A stretch of 64,000 nucleotides of DNA from an uncultured Planctomycetota bacterium (GTDB lineage: Bacteria > Planctomycetota > Planctomycetia > Isosphaerales > Isosphaeraceae): assembly GCA_963823665.1 (NCBI GenBank), contig CAWGMQ010000007.1:672001-736000 (forward strand), written 5' to 3'. This document shows positions 1 through 12,412 of this stretch, piece by piece. The stretch's first letter is position 1. Each line of letters begins with the position of its first letter. A model generated the notes under the pieces. The model did no database searches. It had not been told where the DNA came from and saw only the letters and a list, made by a program, of their open reading frames with translations. A program made the position numbers and the translations under genes.

Positions 1-120
1 GTCGAAAGCGGTTCACACCGCAACCAAGGTCACGCGCATCGGAGGCCGGCGCCAAGCTCGCGCACGAACCCCTCAAAGAGTAAACCGCGCAAGAGGACCA
101 AGACGGTACAGGAACATCAA

Positions 121-236
121 TCTTTTTTATTACGCACTCACGCATCATATCGAAAAAAACCGCAAATTCTCATAGATTCGTGACTTTTCATTGTACCGTC
201 CCGGGCAGGTCGCGCGGTTAAAGGCCTATGGACGCT
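121..236 (+). promoter_or_regulatory. Conserved upstream element D, copy 1 (core TTGTACC-N17-CGGTTA...TATGGA)
   Basis: ~100 bp closely matches 43402-43499; core recurs at 12249-12310 and, diverged, at 23828-23940; each copy precedes a secreted-protein gene. Confidence 0.7.
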
Positions 237-422
237 CGCCAGACGGTGGCCAACACCATCAACAACACCGACAAAACGGGCCTGAACGCGGGCACGGCCT
301 ACATCCGCGGGTCTTAGACGCTGCTTTCTTGACTTGCATCTCACAGCGAATGGCCGTGCCGTCGCCGTGTCCGGAAATTCAACAAGCGCAGGTCAAATGA
401 CTCGCGTCTGGAGATGGAGATC

Positions 423-3400
423 ATGTCGATTGACACCTGGTTGGAAAACCTACGCGCTAATGTCCCGACGCAGTTGGGCCGAAGGTTGACGCTGACCAAC
501 CGATCGAAAAAGGGCCATGACGGCCGGCCAGGCGGCAGCCGGCCTCGACAGAGGAGGCTCAATCTGGAGGCCCTCGAGAACCGGATTATGCTCACCGGGA
601 CGATCACGGCGGTGACCTCTGCCCCGGATCCCTCGATCTTCGGCCAGGATGTGACCTTCACCGCCACGGTGAAAACCGACGCCGGCGCCATCGTAAACAA
701 GGGCACGGTCGAATTCTCGATCGGCGCCAGCTCTTCCGGGCCGGAAGCCTTGAATAAAGACGGCGTCGCGACCTACGACGACTCGACCTTGAGCCCCGGC
801 ACGTATCCCGTTACGGCGACGTACAGCGGCTACGAGGACGTCTACACCGGCAGTACCGGCACGGAAAGCGCGGGTCAGGTCGTCGACGAGGCGCCCACGA
901 TTACCAGCGCGGCAGGTGCCAGTTTTACCGTAGGCAGCGCGGGTAGCTTTACTGTCACGGATACAGGCTACCCGACGCCAACGCTGAGCGAGTCGGCCGG
1001 AACCTCATTGGCCAGCCTCGGACTCAGCTTCGATGCGAGTACCGGAGTCTTGAGCGGCACGCCGTCGCCGAATACAGGCGGCACCTATGGCCTGATCTTC
1101 ACCGCGAGCAATGGTGTCGGGTCGAACGCGAGTCAGAGCTTCTCGCTAAGTATCCTCCAGGCTCCCGCGATCACCAGTGCGCACGGTGCCACATTCGTCG
1201 TCGGATCACCCGGCAACTTTACGGTCACTGCCACCGGCACACCGACGCCGACTTTGAGCGAGTCGGCCGCGACATCATTGGCCAGCCTCGGCCTCAGCTT
1301 CGACGCGAGCACCGGCGTCCTCAGCGGCACGCCGTCGCCAAACACCGGCGGCACCTATGGCCTGATCTTCACCGCGAGCAATGGGATCGGCTCGGACGCG
1401 ACTCAGGACTTCTCGCTGTCGATCGAGCAGGCTTCCGCGATCACCAGCGCTGACAGTGCCACGTTCGTCGCCGGATCACCCGGCACCTTCACGGTTATGG
1501 CCACCGGCACACCGACGCCGACTTTGAGCGAGTCATCCGCGACATCATTGGCCAGCCTCGGCCTCAGCTTCGAACCGAGTACCGGCGTCCTCAGCGGCAC
1601 GCCGTCGCCAAACACCGGCGGCACCTACGGCCTGATCTTCACCGCGAGCAATGGGATCGGCTTGAGCGCGAGTCAGAACTTCTCGTTGAGTATCCTCCAG
1701 GCTCCCGCGATCACCAGCGCGACAGTGCCACGTTCGTCGCCGGATCACCCGGCACCTTCACGGTTACGGCCACGGGCACACCGACGCCGACTTTGAGCGA
1801 GTCGTCGGCGACATCATTGGCCAGCCTCGGACTCAGCTTTGACGCGAGCACGGGAGTCCTCAGCGGCACGCCGTCGCCGAATACCGGCGGCACCTATGGC
1901 TTGATCTTCACCGCGAGCAATCGGATCGGCTCGGACGCGAATCAGAGCTTCTCGCTGACGATCAGCCAGGCTTCCGCGATCACCAGCGCAGACAATGCCA
2001 CGTTCGTCACCGGATCATCCGGCACCTTCACGGTTACGGCCACGGGCACTCCGACGCCGACCCTGAGCGAATCGGGCGCCCTGCCCGGCGGCGTGACGTT
2101 CGACGCCAGCACCGACGAGCTCAGTGGCACTCCGGCCGTCAGCGCCGGTGGAGACTATCCGCTCACGTTCACCTCCAGCAACGGCATTGGCCCGGCGGCC
2201 ACGCAAGACTTCGACCTGTGGGTCGTGTCGCCGGGCTACCTCTTGAACGCCCCGACCAACTTCGTCGTCACCGGCCTGACCACAACGTCCATCGCCTTGA
2301 GCTGGACCGACAACGCCCCAGGCGCCACCAGTTACGAGGTGCAGGAAGCCGTCGTGGGCTCGACGAATTTCGCCCCCGTGACCGGCTCACCGTTCGGGCC
2401 GGGCACCACGAATGTCACGGCGACCGGCCTGACGAGCGGCCTGACCTATCAATTCGAGGTCAGAGCCGTTGCCGCGGGCGGACCCAGCGCCTGGGTGTTG
2501 AACGCCGACGTCGAGACACTCCTGTCCACGGCGACCAGCTTGTCCGCCGATCCGAATCCTCTCGTACTGACCCAGACGTCCACGAACACCGTCGACCAAT
2601 CGAATGACGTCACGTTCACGGCCACGGTGACGAATACCAGCGGCACGAGCGACGTGCCAGTCGGTCAGGTGGATTTTCAGGACATGACGACCGCCACCGA
2701 CCTGGGCACGGTCCCGCTGACGGACGGCAGCGCCAGCCTCTACGTACCGTCATTCAGCGTGGGTAGCGACACCATCATCGCCACGTACACGCCCTATCCG
2801 GCAAGCATTTTCGCGGGCAGTGCGAATCAGATGACGGAAGCGGTCGAGGCTGCCACCGCGACGACCGTGACCGCTGCGCCGGATCCCGGCATCAACGGGC
2901 AGCCGGTTTCGTTCACGGCCACGGTGGAGAATCAGTTCAACGAAGGCGGCACGCCGACTGGCAGCGTGCAGTTCCAGGTCGACGGAGTGAACTACGGCCA
3001 GCCGGTCGACCTGGACCAGAACGGCGAGGCCACCATCAGCGACCCGTCGCTGGCCGTCGGCAATCACGACATCAGCGTCAGCTACGCGCCCACGGGCTCT
3101 TTCACGCCCAGCCAGGGGGACACGACCGAAGACGTCGATGACGGCGATTCCTGGACCGGGGAAGCCGGCGACAATAACTGGGACACGCCCGGCAACTGGA
3201 CACTCGGTGTCCCGCAATCCGGCGTTGACGCGTACCTCACCAACCTGCCGGCGGGTACGGTGATCGCCCTGGGGCCGGCCGATGTCGCGAACAATGTCGC
3301 CATCTCTTCCGACGCCACGTTTTCCGGAGGCAGCCTCACAGTCGCCGGCATGTTCACCGATTCGGGGTCGCTGATGCTGGATGGCTCGGCAATGGTGAGC

Positions 3401-6400
3401 GTGAGCACGCCCGGGGCGTTCGTCCTTCAGAAAGTCACGATCCAGCCGGGGGGTACCCTGTCCGGACAGGGCACGGTTCAAGGCGACTTGGTCAACGACG
3501 GGGAGCTGGACATGGGCAGCACCGACGGAGTCATCGTCGTCACGGGCAACTATACCCAGGGAGCGATTGCCACTCTCTCCATGAAGATCGACGGGGCAGT
3601 CGCGAGCGACTTCGATCAGCTTCAAGTTCTCGGCACCGCCACCTTGAATGGCACCCTGAGCGCGGAGCTGACCAACGGTTTCACACCGGCCCCGGGTTCG
3701 TCGCTGGACCTATTGAAACTCGCGAAGCCCGCCAGCGGATCCTTTTCGACGGTCCTCTCGCCGTCGAACGACTTGCAGACGCAGGACTCGCCCGGCGGGG
3801 TGATCGTGGAGGATGAGCCGATCGGCCAATCGGTGTCGGTCACCTATCCCGGCGTGCCGCAATGGGTGGCGGAAGGGCCGGAGCCGATCTACTCTGCGCA
3901 ATCGAATGCGAATCCCGACAACGGAGAGGAAGGGGCCATCGCCAACGTTGTCGTGGCGCCCGACGGGACCGTTTATGTGGGCACGGTCAACGGCGGCGTC
4001 TGGAGCTCCGACCAGGTCACACCGAGTTGGGTCCAGACCCTTCAAGATCACGACCCGTTCCAACCGTCGAACTTCTGGGTGCCCTTGACCGACTCGCAGC
4101 CTTCGCTGGCCGTCAGCACGATGGCCCTGGACCCGAACGACCGCAACAACACGCTCTGGGTGGGAACCGGGTCGGTGAGCAGCTATAACAGCGCCGGCGG
4201 TCCGGCGGTCGGCCTCCTCAAGACCACCAATGGTGGCAAAACCTGGGTCGACCTGGCGGGATCGCCCGGCGCGCCCATCACGGGCGTCAGCGCCAGTGGA
4301 ACCGGCACCTACGTCATTACCACCAGCAATACCGGCAGCCTGATCGCCGGCTCGGAAGTATCGATGAGCGGCTTCCCCACCAATGACGGCGCCAACGGAA
4401 CCTGGACGTTCACCAACGTCACCGCGACGAGCTTTACGCTGACGAGCCCGGTGAGCACCGGCCAGTTCGTCAACAGCCCGAATGCGCAATGGACCTCATC
4501 GATTTATGGCGATACGATCGTGAGCGTTGTGCCGACCGCGACCACGGATCCCACGACCGGTGAGCAGGTGATCCTGGTTGGCACTAACGGCCAGGGCCTC
4601 TGGCGCAGCACCGACGGTGGTGCGAACTTCGCGCCGGCAAGCTTCTTCGCCTCCGAAAGAAGGAATCAGAGCGCCATCAACCTGTTCACACAGCAACAAG
4701 GTTTTGTGACTTCGGTGGTCGCCGACCCGACGAACCCCGACTATTTTTATGCCGCCGTTAGAAACGTCGGCATCTTTGAAAGCTACGACGACGGCGCGAG
4801 CTGGAATGAAATCGACGCCTCAATCCCTCAAATCACAAATGCCACGTGGTACGAGCTAGCCGCGGCCCAAGATCCGGACGGGAACACCATCCTCTACGTT
4901 GCGACCGCCATACCTTCAAGCAAGAACGGCGGAGCCCAATTTGCCGGGTTGCTGTTTGCCCAGATCAGCCCTATCCCCCTGGCGCCCATCACCTGGATTC
5001 CCGTCTACGACCACCCGCAGGGCGCGCAGGTCGTCGGTGAGGCCGTTCAAGTGCCGGGCCATTTCTACCTGGCGGTCAATCCAACGAACCCCTCCGACGT
5101 CTACATCGGCGGGATGCTCCAGTGCCTTTACAGCGGTGTCGTGGCGACCACGTCGGTGAGCCCCTCGGGCTGGGCGGTCTACTGGAACCCGCTCTCCGGC
5201 GGCAACGGCAAGCCCCACGACGACCAGCGTGACATCGCCTTCCTGAGCGACGGCACGATCCTCGAGGTCACCGACGGCGGCATCTATGGCTTGCTTCCCG
5301 ACGGCAACCACTGGGTCGATCTCAACGAAAACATCCAGGATACCGAATTCTTCTCGATCGCTTATGACGCGCAGGACAACGAGATCTTCGGCGGGACTCA
5401 AGACAACGGCACTCCCGCTCAGACCGCCAGTGGCAACTGGAGCCTCATGGGCGGAGTCCACTATGGTGGCGGCGATGGAGGTGCGGTCGCGGTGGATAAC
5501 AGCGGCAGCGAATCGAAGGAATATCTCTTCAGTGACGGCAACTTCGAGACGCACTCCGACACCTACAACGCCGACATCGCCCTCAGCGGACTGAATTCCG
5601 TCGATCAGCAAACTGTCGCCAGTGGATCAGGAAAAAATCCGGCGGATGCCAGCTTTTTCGTGGCGGTGAATCCGTTCGGTCCCGCCCCGGGTAGTACCAC
5701 CGGGCTCGCGCCCATCCTTCTAGGCGGGGGGATCGAGGGGAACAACAATCAGGGGCTTACCGGCCTTTACGAGAGCTTCAACGGAGGAGCCACGGTGACC
5801 CAGGTCGCCTCGCCGATATACTCGGGCAACCCTAGCGCGTTCACCTACGCCTCAGCCGGCGGCATGGCATACTTCGGAACCACGAACGGTTATCTCTTCG
5901 TGCGCAGCGCCTATGGCGCGACATTCATATACATGCCCGCGCCGAACTGGAGCAACGCCTACGCCACGCAAATCGTGACCGATCCGAAGAATCCAAATAT
6001 TGTTTATGTGCTTGATAATCTTGGCGACATCTGGGGCTCAGCCAACCAGGGGGTGACAGGCTGGACGAAACTGACGGGCGGCACCAACCTTCAAGCCCTG
6101 GATACCTACCAAAGCGTCCTGAACATCGGGGAACTTCAGGGCGAGGCCGCGAACACGACCGTGCAAACCATCCAGGTGGTCGACCCAACGCCGTACACAC
6201 CGGGCAGCAACGTCCTCCTGGCCGGGGCGCTGGGTGGAGTGTACTCGCTCAATGTGGATCTCGGCGCGCTTCAACCCAGTCAATACACCTGGAGCCTGTA
6301 TGGGCAGGGGCTTCCCAACGTTCAGGTGTCGGACCTTGATTACGTTGCGAGTGCAAATTTATTGCTGGCAGGTACCTTCGGCCGCGGCGTCTGGGAGATC

Positions 6401-9400
6401 ACCGATGCCAGCGCATCCATCGGGGCGCCGGATCAGGCAACGATCAGCGCATCGGGTGGCACCATCCTGCTGCGCAGCGACCCTGCACGACCCGGCTACG
6501 CGCAGTTGCTGTCTGACGGGCCAGGCGTCACGGTCAGCCAGGTCATCGCCGACGACAACGTTCAACTGGAAGAGCAGTGGGCGGCACTCGGCCAGATCAC
6601 CATCAACGTCCAGTCCGAGACCGTGGACATCCTCAACGTGCCGCAGGGCGTTCGCGTCACCGTCGATGGCGGAACCGGCCCCAACATCGTCAACGTCGGC
6701 TCGGCCGCCAATCAACTGACCACGATCGCTGGAGCCGTGGAAGTCGGAGTGAATGTCACAGGCTCACTCACGTCCTTGAATATCAACGATCAAGGTGATA
6801 CCGCCGCGAGTAACTGGACGATCGGCACCAACTTCCTCACCGAGCCGACTTCTTTGCCCGGCTCGATCCTTTACCAGGGCATCGCAGGCGTGGTCATCAA
6901 TGCCGCCAACGCGAATCTCAACAGTTTCATCGTCAACGACACCGCCGGAACGAGTGCCCTGACGATCAACACCGGCACTGGAGCCGGAAACCAGGTCACC
7001 GTCAACGATACCAGCAACGCCACCACGCTGAACATCAACAACCAGGGAACGGGTGCCGTTACGGTCGTGAAGGCCACGGGCCCGCAAAGCAATACGGACA
7101 TTACCGATTCGGGTAGCGACACCATCACTCTGGGCAACAGTACCGGCGTGCAAGCTATCCAGGGCGACATCGGCATCACGAGCAAGGTACCGGACGCGGA
7201 CGGCCTGATCGTGGACGATCAAGGTGACGCGGTGCTTCACCAGGGCAATCAGGCCGTCACGGTCACGAATTCTTCCATCGTGGGCCTGGCGCGAGGGACG
7301 ATCAGTTACGCACCCTACTCGCTCGGTAGCCTGTCTCTCGAGGCCAACGGTATGGGTACCTTCTGGAATATCCAGGGCACTCCGATCCCCTACCTTGATT
7401 TCGAGAATCAGGGCACCAACAACTTCCCTATTTTTGTGCCAGTCGCGCTTCCCATCACGACCTCCATTAGCTGTGCCGACCAGGACATCGTCGACGTCGG
7501 CGATCCCAGCAATGGCCTGCAAGACATCTTCGGAACGCTGAACATCTACAGCCCCGGGCCGACCGCCGCCGTGCAAGTGAATCTGGACGACCATGAAACC
7601 ACGTACCCATCGCCCCCGTCGTTGAGGCTCACCAACAACAGCGTGAGCGGTCTGGGGCCGGGCGTCATCAACTATGGAATCCCCGGCTACGACGACGGAT
7701 TGGTGATTGCGGGCGGTGTGAGCGAGCTGACCGTCCGGGCCGGCACGGGCGGCACCAAGTTCATGGTCGGCGACATGACCGGCGGTCCGACGATGGTCAA
7801 CCTGTCCGCTCTCGGTACGGGCAACAGCATCGTCGGCCCCGATTCGAGCGTGAACTGGACGTTCCAGGGTCATATCAATAATCCCCTCGACAGCTTCACC
7901 CAGGGGAGCGACGCCTCGACGGTCGACTTCGCGGGCATCGACACGATCACCGGCGGATCGGGCTCGAACGATTTCCAGTTCATCCAGACCGGCTTCGACG
8001 GCTCGATCGACGGCGGCCCCAGCGGCGACAGCACCCTTGATTTCTCACAGTTCGGGGGTAGCTCCCTTTCCGTGGAAACCACCCAGGACGGCTCCCTGAA
8101 CGGGGTTCGGGGCAACGCGACGGAAGGCACGAGCTTCAACGACATCGATACGGTGCTGGGCGACCCGAGCGCCACGGGTTGGGAGTTTGGCAACACCACG
8201 GGCGAAAACTATGCCTATCAGGGGGATTTCACGGCCACGCTGACCGTGTCTGGCTTCGCGAACATCGACCTGAATTTTTCTCAGGATTTTAGTGGCAAAT
8301 TGCTGGCCTCTACGGAGGGAACGGCCACCGACCCCATCTCTGAGATCAACGTGACCGGCACGATCACGGTTGGTGCGATGATCAAGGTCGCCTTCCTGAA
8401 CAAACTGGTCGTCAATGGGGATGTGTACGGCATTATCAAGGGCTTCGGCGATGATCCCTCGGTGCCCACGATTCAGACGATGATCCTCGACGGCACGGTG
8501 CGCGCGGGGGCCCAGATCGTGGCCAGTTCCTTCGGGACGATCGACACGCAGCAGAATCTGGCGGGCACTCTCAGCGAAACCGCCCCCACCGGGGATTTTC
8601 AGAGCGTGACCATCGGTGGCTCGATCCTCCCCACCGGATTGATCGACGCCCCGGGCGGCGGGACCTTGAGCGTGACCGGAGACTTATCGGGTGAAGCGGT
8701 CATCGGAGGAACTCTCGGCACCCTGAGCGTCGGAGGGGCCCTCGACGGGACGGTGTCGGCCGGCAGCTACGGTAGTGAAAACCTGGGCGGGCCGGTCACG
8801 GGCCAGATCGACACCGGCCTCACGACAGCCCCGCCGGTCAGCATCGCCGCGGGCGACGTCGCCGGGCTGATCCAGGCTCTCGATGACGCCAACTCCATCG
8901 CTCAGCCGAACGTCATCAACCTGGCCCCGGGAGCGACATACGTGCTGACCGCCCCGGACAATGATACGAACGGTCCCAACGGCTTGCCGGTCCTCTTGAG
9001 CAACATCACGATCAACGGCAACGGCGCCGTCATCGAGGGAGCCGGCTCGACGCCGTTCCGCCTCTTCAGTATCTCCAGTGGTGCCAACGTCGTCCTGGAC
9101 AATCTCACGATCGAGCAGGGCAGCAGCGAGCAGGGCGGTGGCGTTTACAATGCCGGAACGCTGGCACTCACTAACGACGTCCTCACTGGCAATTCCGCCA
9201 CCGGCAACGGCGGCGCCGTCTTTAACGACGGTACCCTGACGCAGTCCAGTACGAGTTTCTCCAATAACAGCGCCGGCGGCTCGGGCCCCAACGTTTTCGA
9301 CGCCGTCATCCCGACGGCGACAACAACGACGCTCACAGACAACGGGCCCACGACCTCGACCTTCGGGCAGTCGGTGAACTTCACGGTCAACGTGACGGGT

Positions 9401-12280
9401 GAAGTTCCCGATGGGGAAGCCGTCACGCTGGAAGACGCTGACAACGACAACGCCGTTGTCGCGACCGGCACGCTCGCGGGCGGGACGGCGAATGTCGCGG
9501 TAACAACTCTGAGTGGCGGGGCTCATGACATCTTCGCGGTCTATGGCGGCGATTCGACCCTGACCGGCAGCCAGTCGAGCACGGTCACTCAGACGGTCAA
9601 CCAGGCGCCGACGTTTACCAGCGCTCCTGACGTCACATTCACCGTGGGTGCCTCCGACAGCTTCACCGTCACGGCCAGCGGCTACTCGACGCCAACCTTG
9701 AGCGAGAACACCAACGACGTCCTACCCAGTGGCATCACGTTCGATCCGTCCACCGGCATTTTGAGCGGCACACCGGCCCTGGGCACCGTCGGCATCTACA
9801 CCCTGAACTTCACGGCCGACAATGGGATCGGTAATGATGCGACGCAGAAGTTCACCCTGACCATCGGCGCGGCGACGCCCGTCATCACCTGGAACACACC
9901 GAATCCGATCACCTACGGTACGCCGCTCGACAGCACGGAGCTGGATGCGACCGCGAATGTTTCCGGCACCTACGCCTATACCCAGGCGGCGGGAACCGTG
10001 CTGCCGGCCGTGAACACGCCGTTGCTGGCGGTGACCTTCACGCCCACCGACACGGCCGACTATGCCACGGTCACACAGACGGTTCCCATCGAGGTAGACC
10101 CGGCGCCGTTGACGGTGTACGCGGACTCCCAGACCATGCCCTACGATTCGGTGGTCCCTGCCTTGACGTTCACCGCCTACGGATTCGTCAATGGCGATAC
10201 GGCCGCCTCGCTGCCGGGATCGCTCGCGACCGTGGCGACCTCGACGATTGCCGTCGGCTCCTACGACATCACGCTGGGAACTCTCGGAAGCTTCGCAGAC
10301 AGTGAGAGCAGCAATCTGTCGAACTACAACATCACCTACTTCGACGCGGACCTGACCGTCACCCAGGCCACGCCGACGATCACCTGGACGCCGCCGTCCG
10401 CGATCGACGACCAGACGCCGCTCAGCAGCGCGCTACTGGATGCGACGGCCAACGTTCTGGGCACGTTTGTGTACTCCCCCGCGGCCGGAACGATCCTGTC
10501 GGCGGGAACGCAGACGCTCTCGGTTACGTTCATGCCCGACGACACGGTGGACTATTCCACCGAGTACACATCGGTTTCACTCACGGTTGCCAGCGCCGCG
10601 GCCCCGGCGGTGACCACGCAACCGTCGAGCCAGACTGTCAGCGCCGGCGGGATGGCGGAATTCACGGCTGCCGCAAGCGGTGGTCCGAGTCCTTTCCTCC
10701 AGTGGCAGGTGAACTCCGGCAGCGGCTGGAACGATGTGAACCTCGGCGGCGTTTACAGCCTTGACGCAAACGGCGATTTGATCGTCATCGGCGCGCCGAC
10801 CACACTGAACGGCAACCAGTACCAGGCGGTCTTCAGCAACAACTCCGGCAGCGTGACGACCGACATCGTCACATTGAACGTCACCCCGATCACCACCACG
10901 ACCGGTCTGATTGATTACGGGCCGATTCCTGCGACCACCGCGCAGCCGATCAGCTTGACCGTAACAGTCAGCGGCGGCGCGCCGGACGGCGAGCTCGTGA
11001 CGATCGAGGATGCCAGCAATGGCAATGCCGTGGTACCCACCACCGGCAATACGCTCGCCGGCGGCTCGGCGACTCTCACGATCGCGGCCGGTGCGTTGAG
11101 CGCCGGGACGCATGACCTGTTCGCGGTCTATGGCGGCGAAGGCACCTTCGCGGGAAGTCACTCTCCCATGGTGAGCCAGACCGTGAACGCAGTCGCAATC
11201 ACGATCACGACCCAGCCGACGGATCAGTCCGTCGCGGTCGGGTCTACCGCCACGTTCACCGCCGCGGCCAGCGGCAACCCGACGCCGACCGTCCAATGGC
11301 AGCAGAGCACCAGCGGCAGTAGCTGGTCCAACATCAATGGCGCCACTTCGACGACGTTCACGCTCGCGCATGTCAGCTTCTCCCAGGACGGCGATGCGTA
11401 CCGGGCGATCTTCACCAACAGTGTCGGCAGCGCGACCAGTAACCCCGCGACGCTTACGGTCGAAGCGGCGCCGGTGATCGTTGCGCCAGTCCTCGCGACC
11501 ATTCCGAGCCAATTGGTAAACGTCGGCCGGACGCTCGAGCTGAATGTGAGCCGGTACGCCTCCGACCCGAACACGCCCCCCTTGCCCTTGACGTACCGTT
11601 TAGTCGGCAGTCCACCAGCGGGGGCGAGCCTTGATCCGGCCACCGGAATCATGACCTGGGCGGTAGGGGCCAATCAGCCGATCGGGACGTATGCGGTCAC
11701 GGTCCTGGTGTCCGATAATGGCTCGCCCGCGCGGACAGCCTCGGAGACGATCAACGTCAACATTGTCGATTCCATTCCGGTGAAGATCTCCTCGGCGACG
11801 GTGAATACGAAGAAGGGCTTCGCGATCACGCTGACCTTGTCCGGGCCCGTGAACCCGGTCACGGCGACGAATCCCAACAATTACATCCTGACCGAGCCGG
11901 CCAAGAAGCCCAGGTCCAAGAAGAAGCCGGCGCCTCCGCCGATTCGGATCAAGCTGAGGGCGACCTACAACCCGGCGACGAACCAGGTCATCCTGAAGGG
12001 ACCCAAGACCGTGAAGACGAGTCCGGCCCTCTCGTTCACCGTCGTCGGAACCGGCATCGCCAAGCTGGATGGCCTGGACCTCGCCGGTAACGGTGGGCTG
12101 CCGGGCACAAACTATGCCGCCTCGGTGACGAAGAAATCGGTCAGTCCCGCCAGCGCGGTCGCGGGGAATGTCATCGCAGTGCCGACATCGCGTCATCCGG
12201 CTGGTCCGATTGCCCTGGCCCGAATCCCCGCGAAAGCTAGCCGTCAATTCAAAGACTCACCACTTTTTATTGCACCGTGA
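423..12280 (+). CDS. Giant (~3950 aa) secreted/surface protein: planctomycete LEPR-XLL-type leader, Ig-like and He_PIG-like repeats, FN3, BNR/sialidase-like beta-propeller, beta-helix, MBG-like, I-set-like, Lys-rich C-terminal domain; one frameshift at ~1721
   Basis: ORFs 414..1796 and 1793..12280 join across a 1-nt deletion (agcgc|gacagt vs agcgcTgacagt in the previous repeat); leader RRLNLEALENRIML; SxDGG motifs; GTFGRGVW propeller end; GGAG before ATG 423. Confidence 0.85.
891..2225 (+). repeat. Five tandem 270-bp intragenic repeats (90-aa putative Ig units)
   Basis: Unit starts at 891, 1161, 1431, 1701 and 1970 (last spacing 269 = the deletion). Confidence 0.9.
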
Positions 12281-12310
12281 GGGGCAGGCCGCGCGGTTAG
12301 AGGTGTATGG
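12249..12310 (+). promoter_or_regulatory. Element D, copy 2 (overlaps last codons of the giant gene)
   Basis: tcaaagactcaccactttttattgcaccgtgaggggcaggccgcgcggttagaggtgtatgg. Confidence 0.65.
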
Positions 12311-12412
12311 CGCGCTCCAATCACGGTGAACCGGGATTCTCGCGGTGGTAATGCCAATCCTGTGCCAGGGTTCTGAGTGACCCCGTCCTTCACTCCAAAT
12401 GGAGAGCCTCCG

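Noticed and set aside
1700..1800. Programmed frameshift or phase variation in the giant gene (and at 28140)
   Set aside because: No slippery heptamer or long homopolymer; single indels relative to sibling repeats are better explained by error
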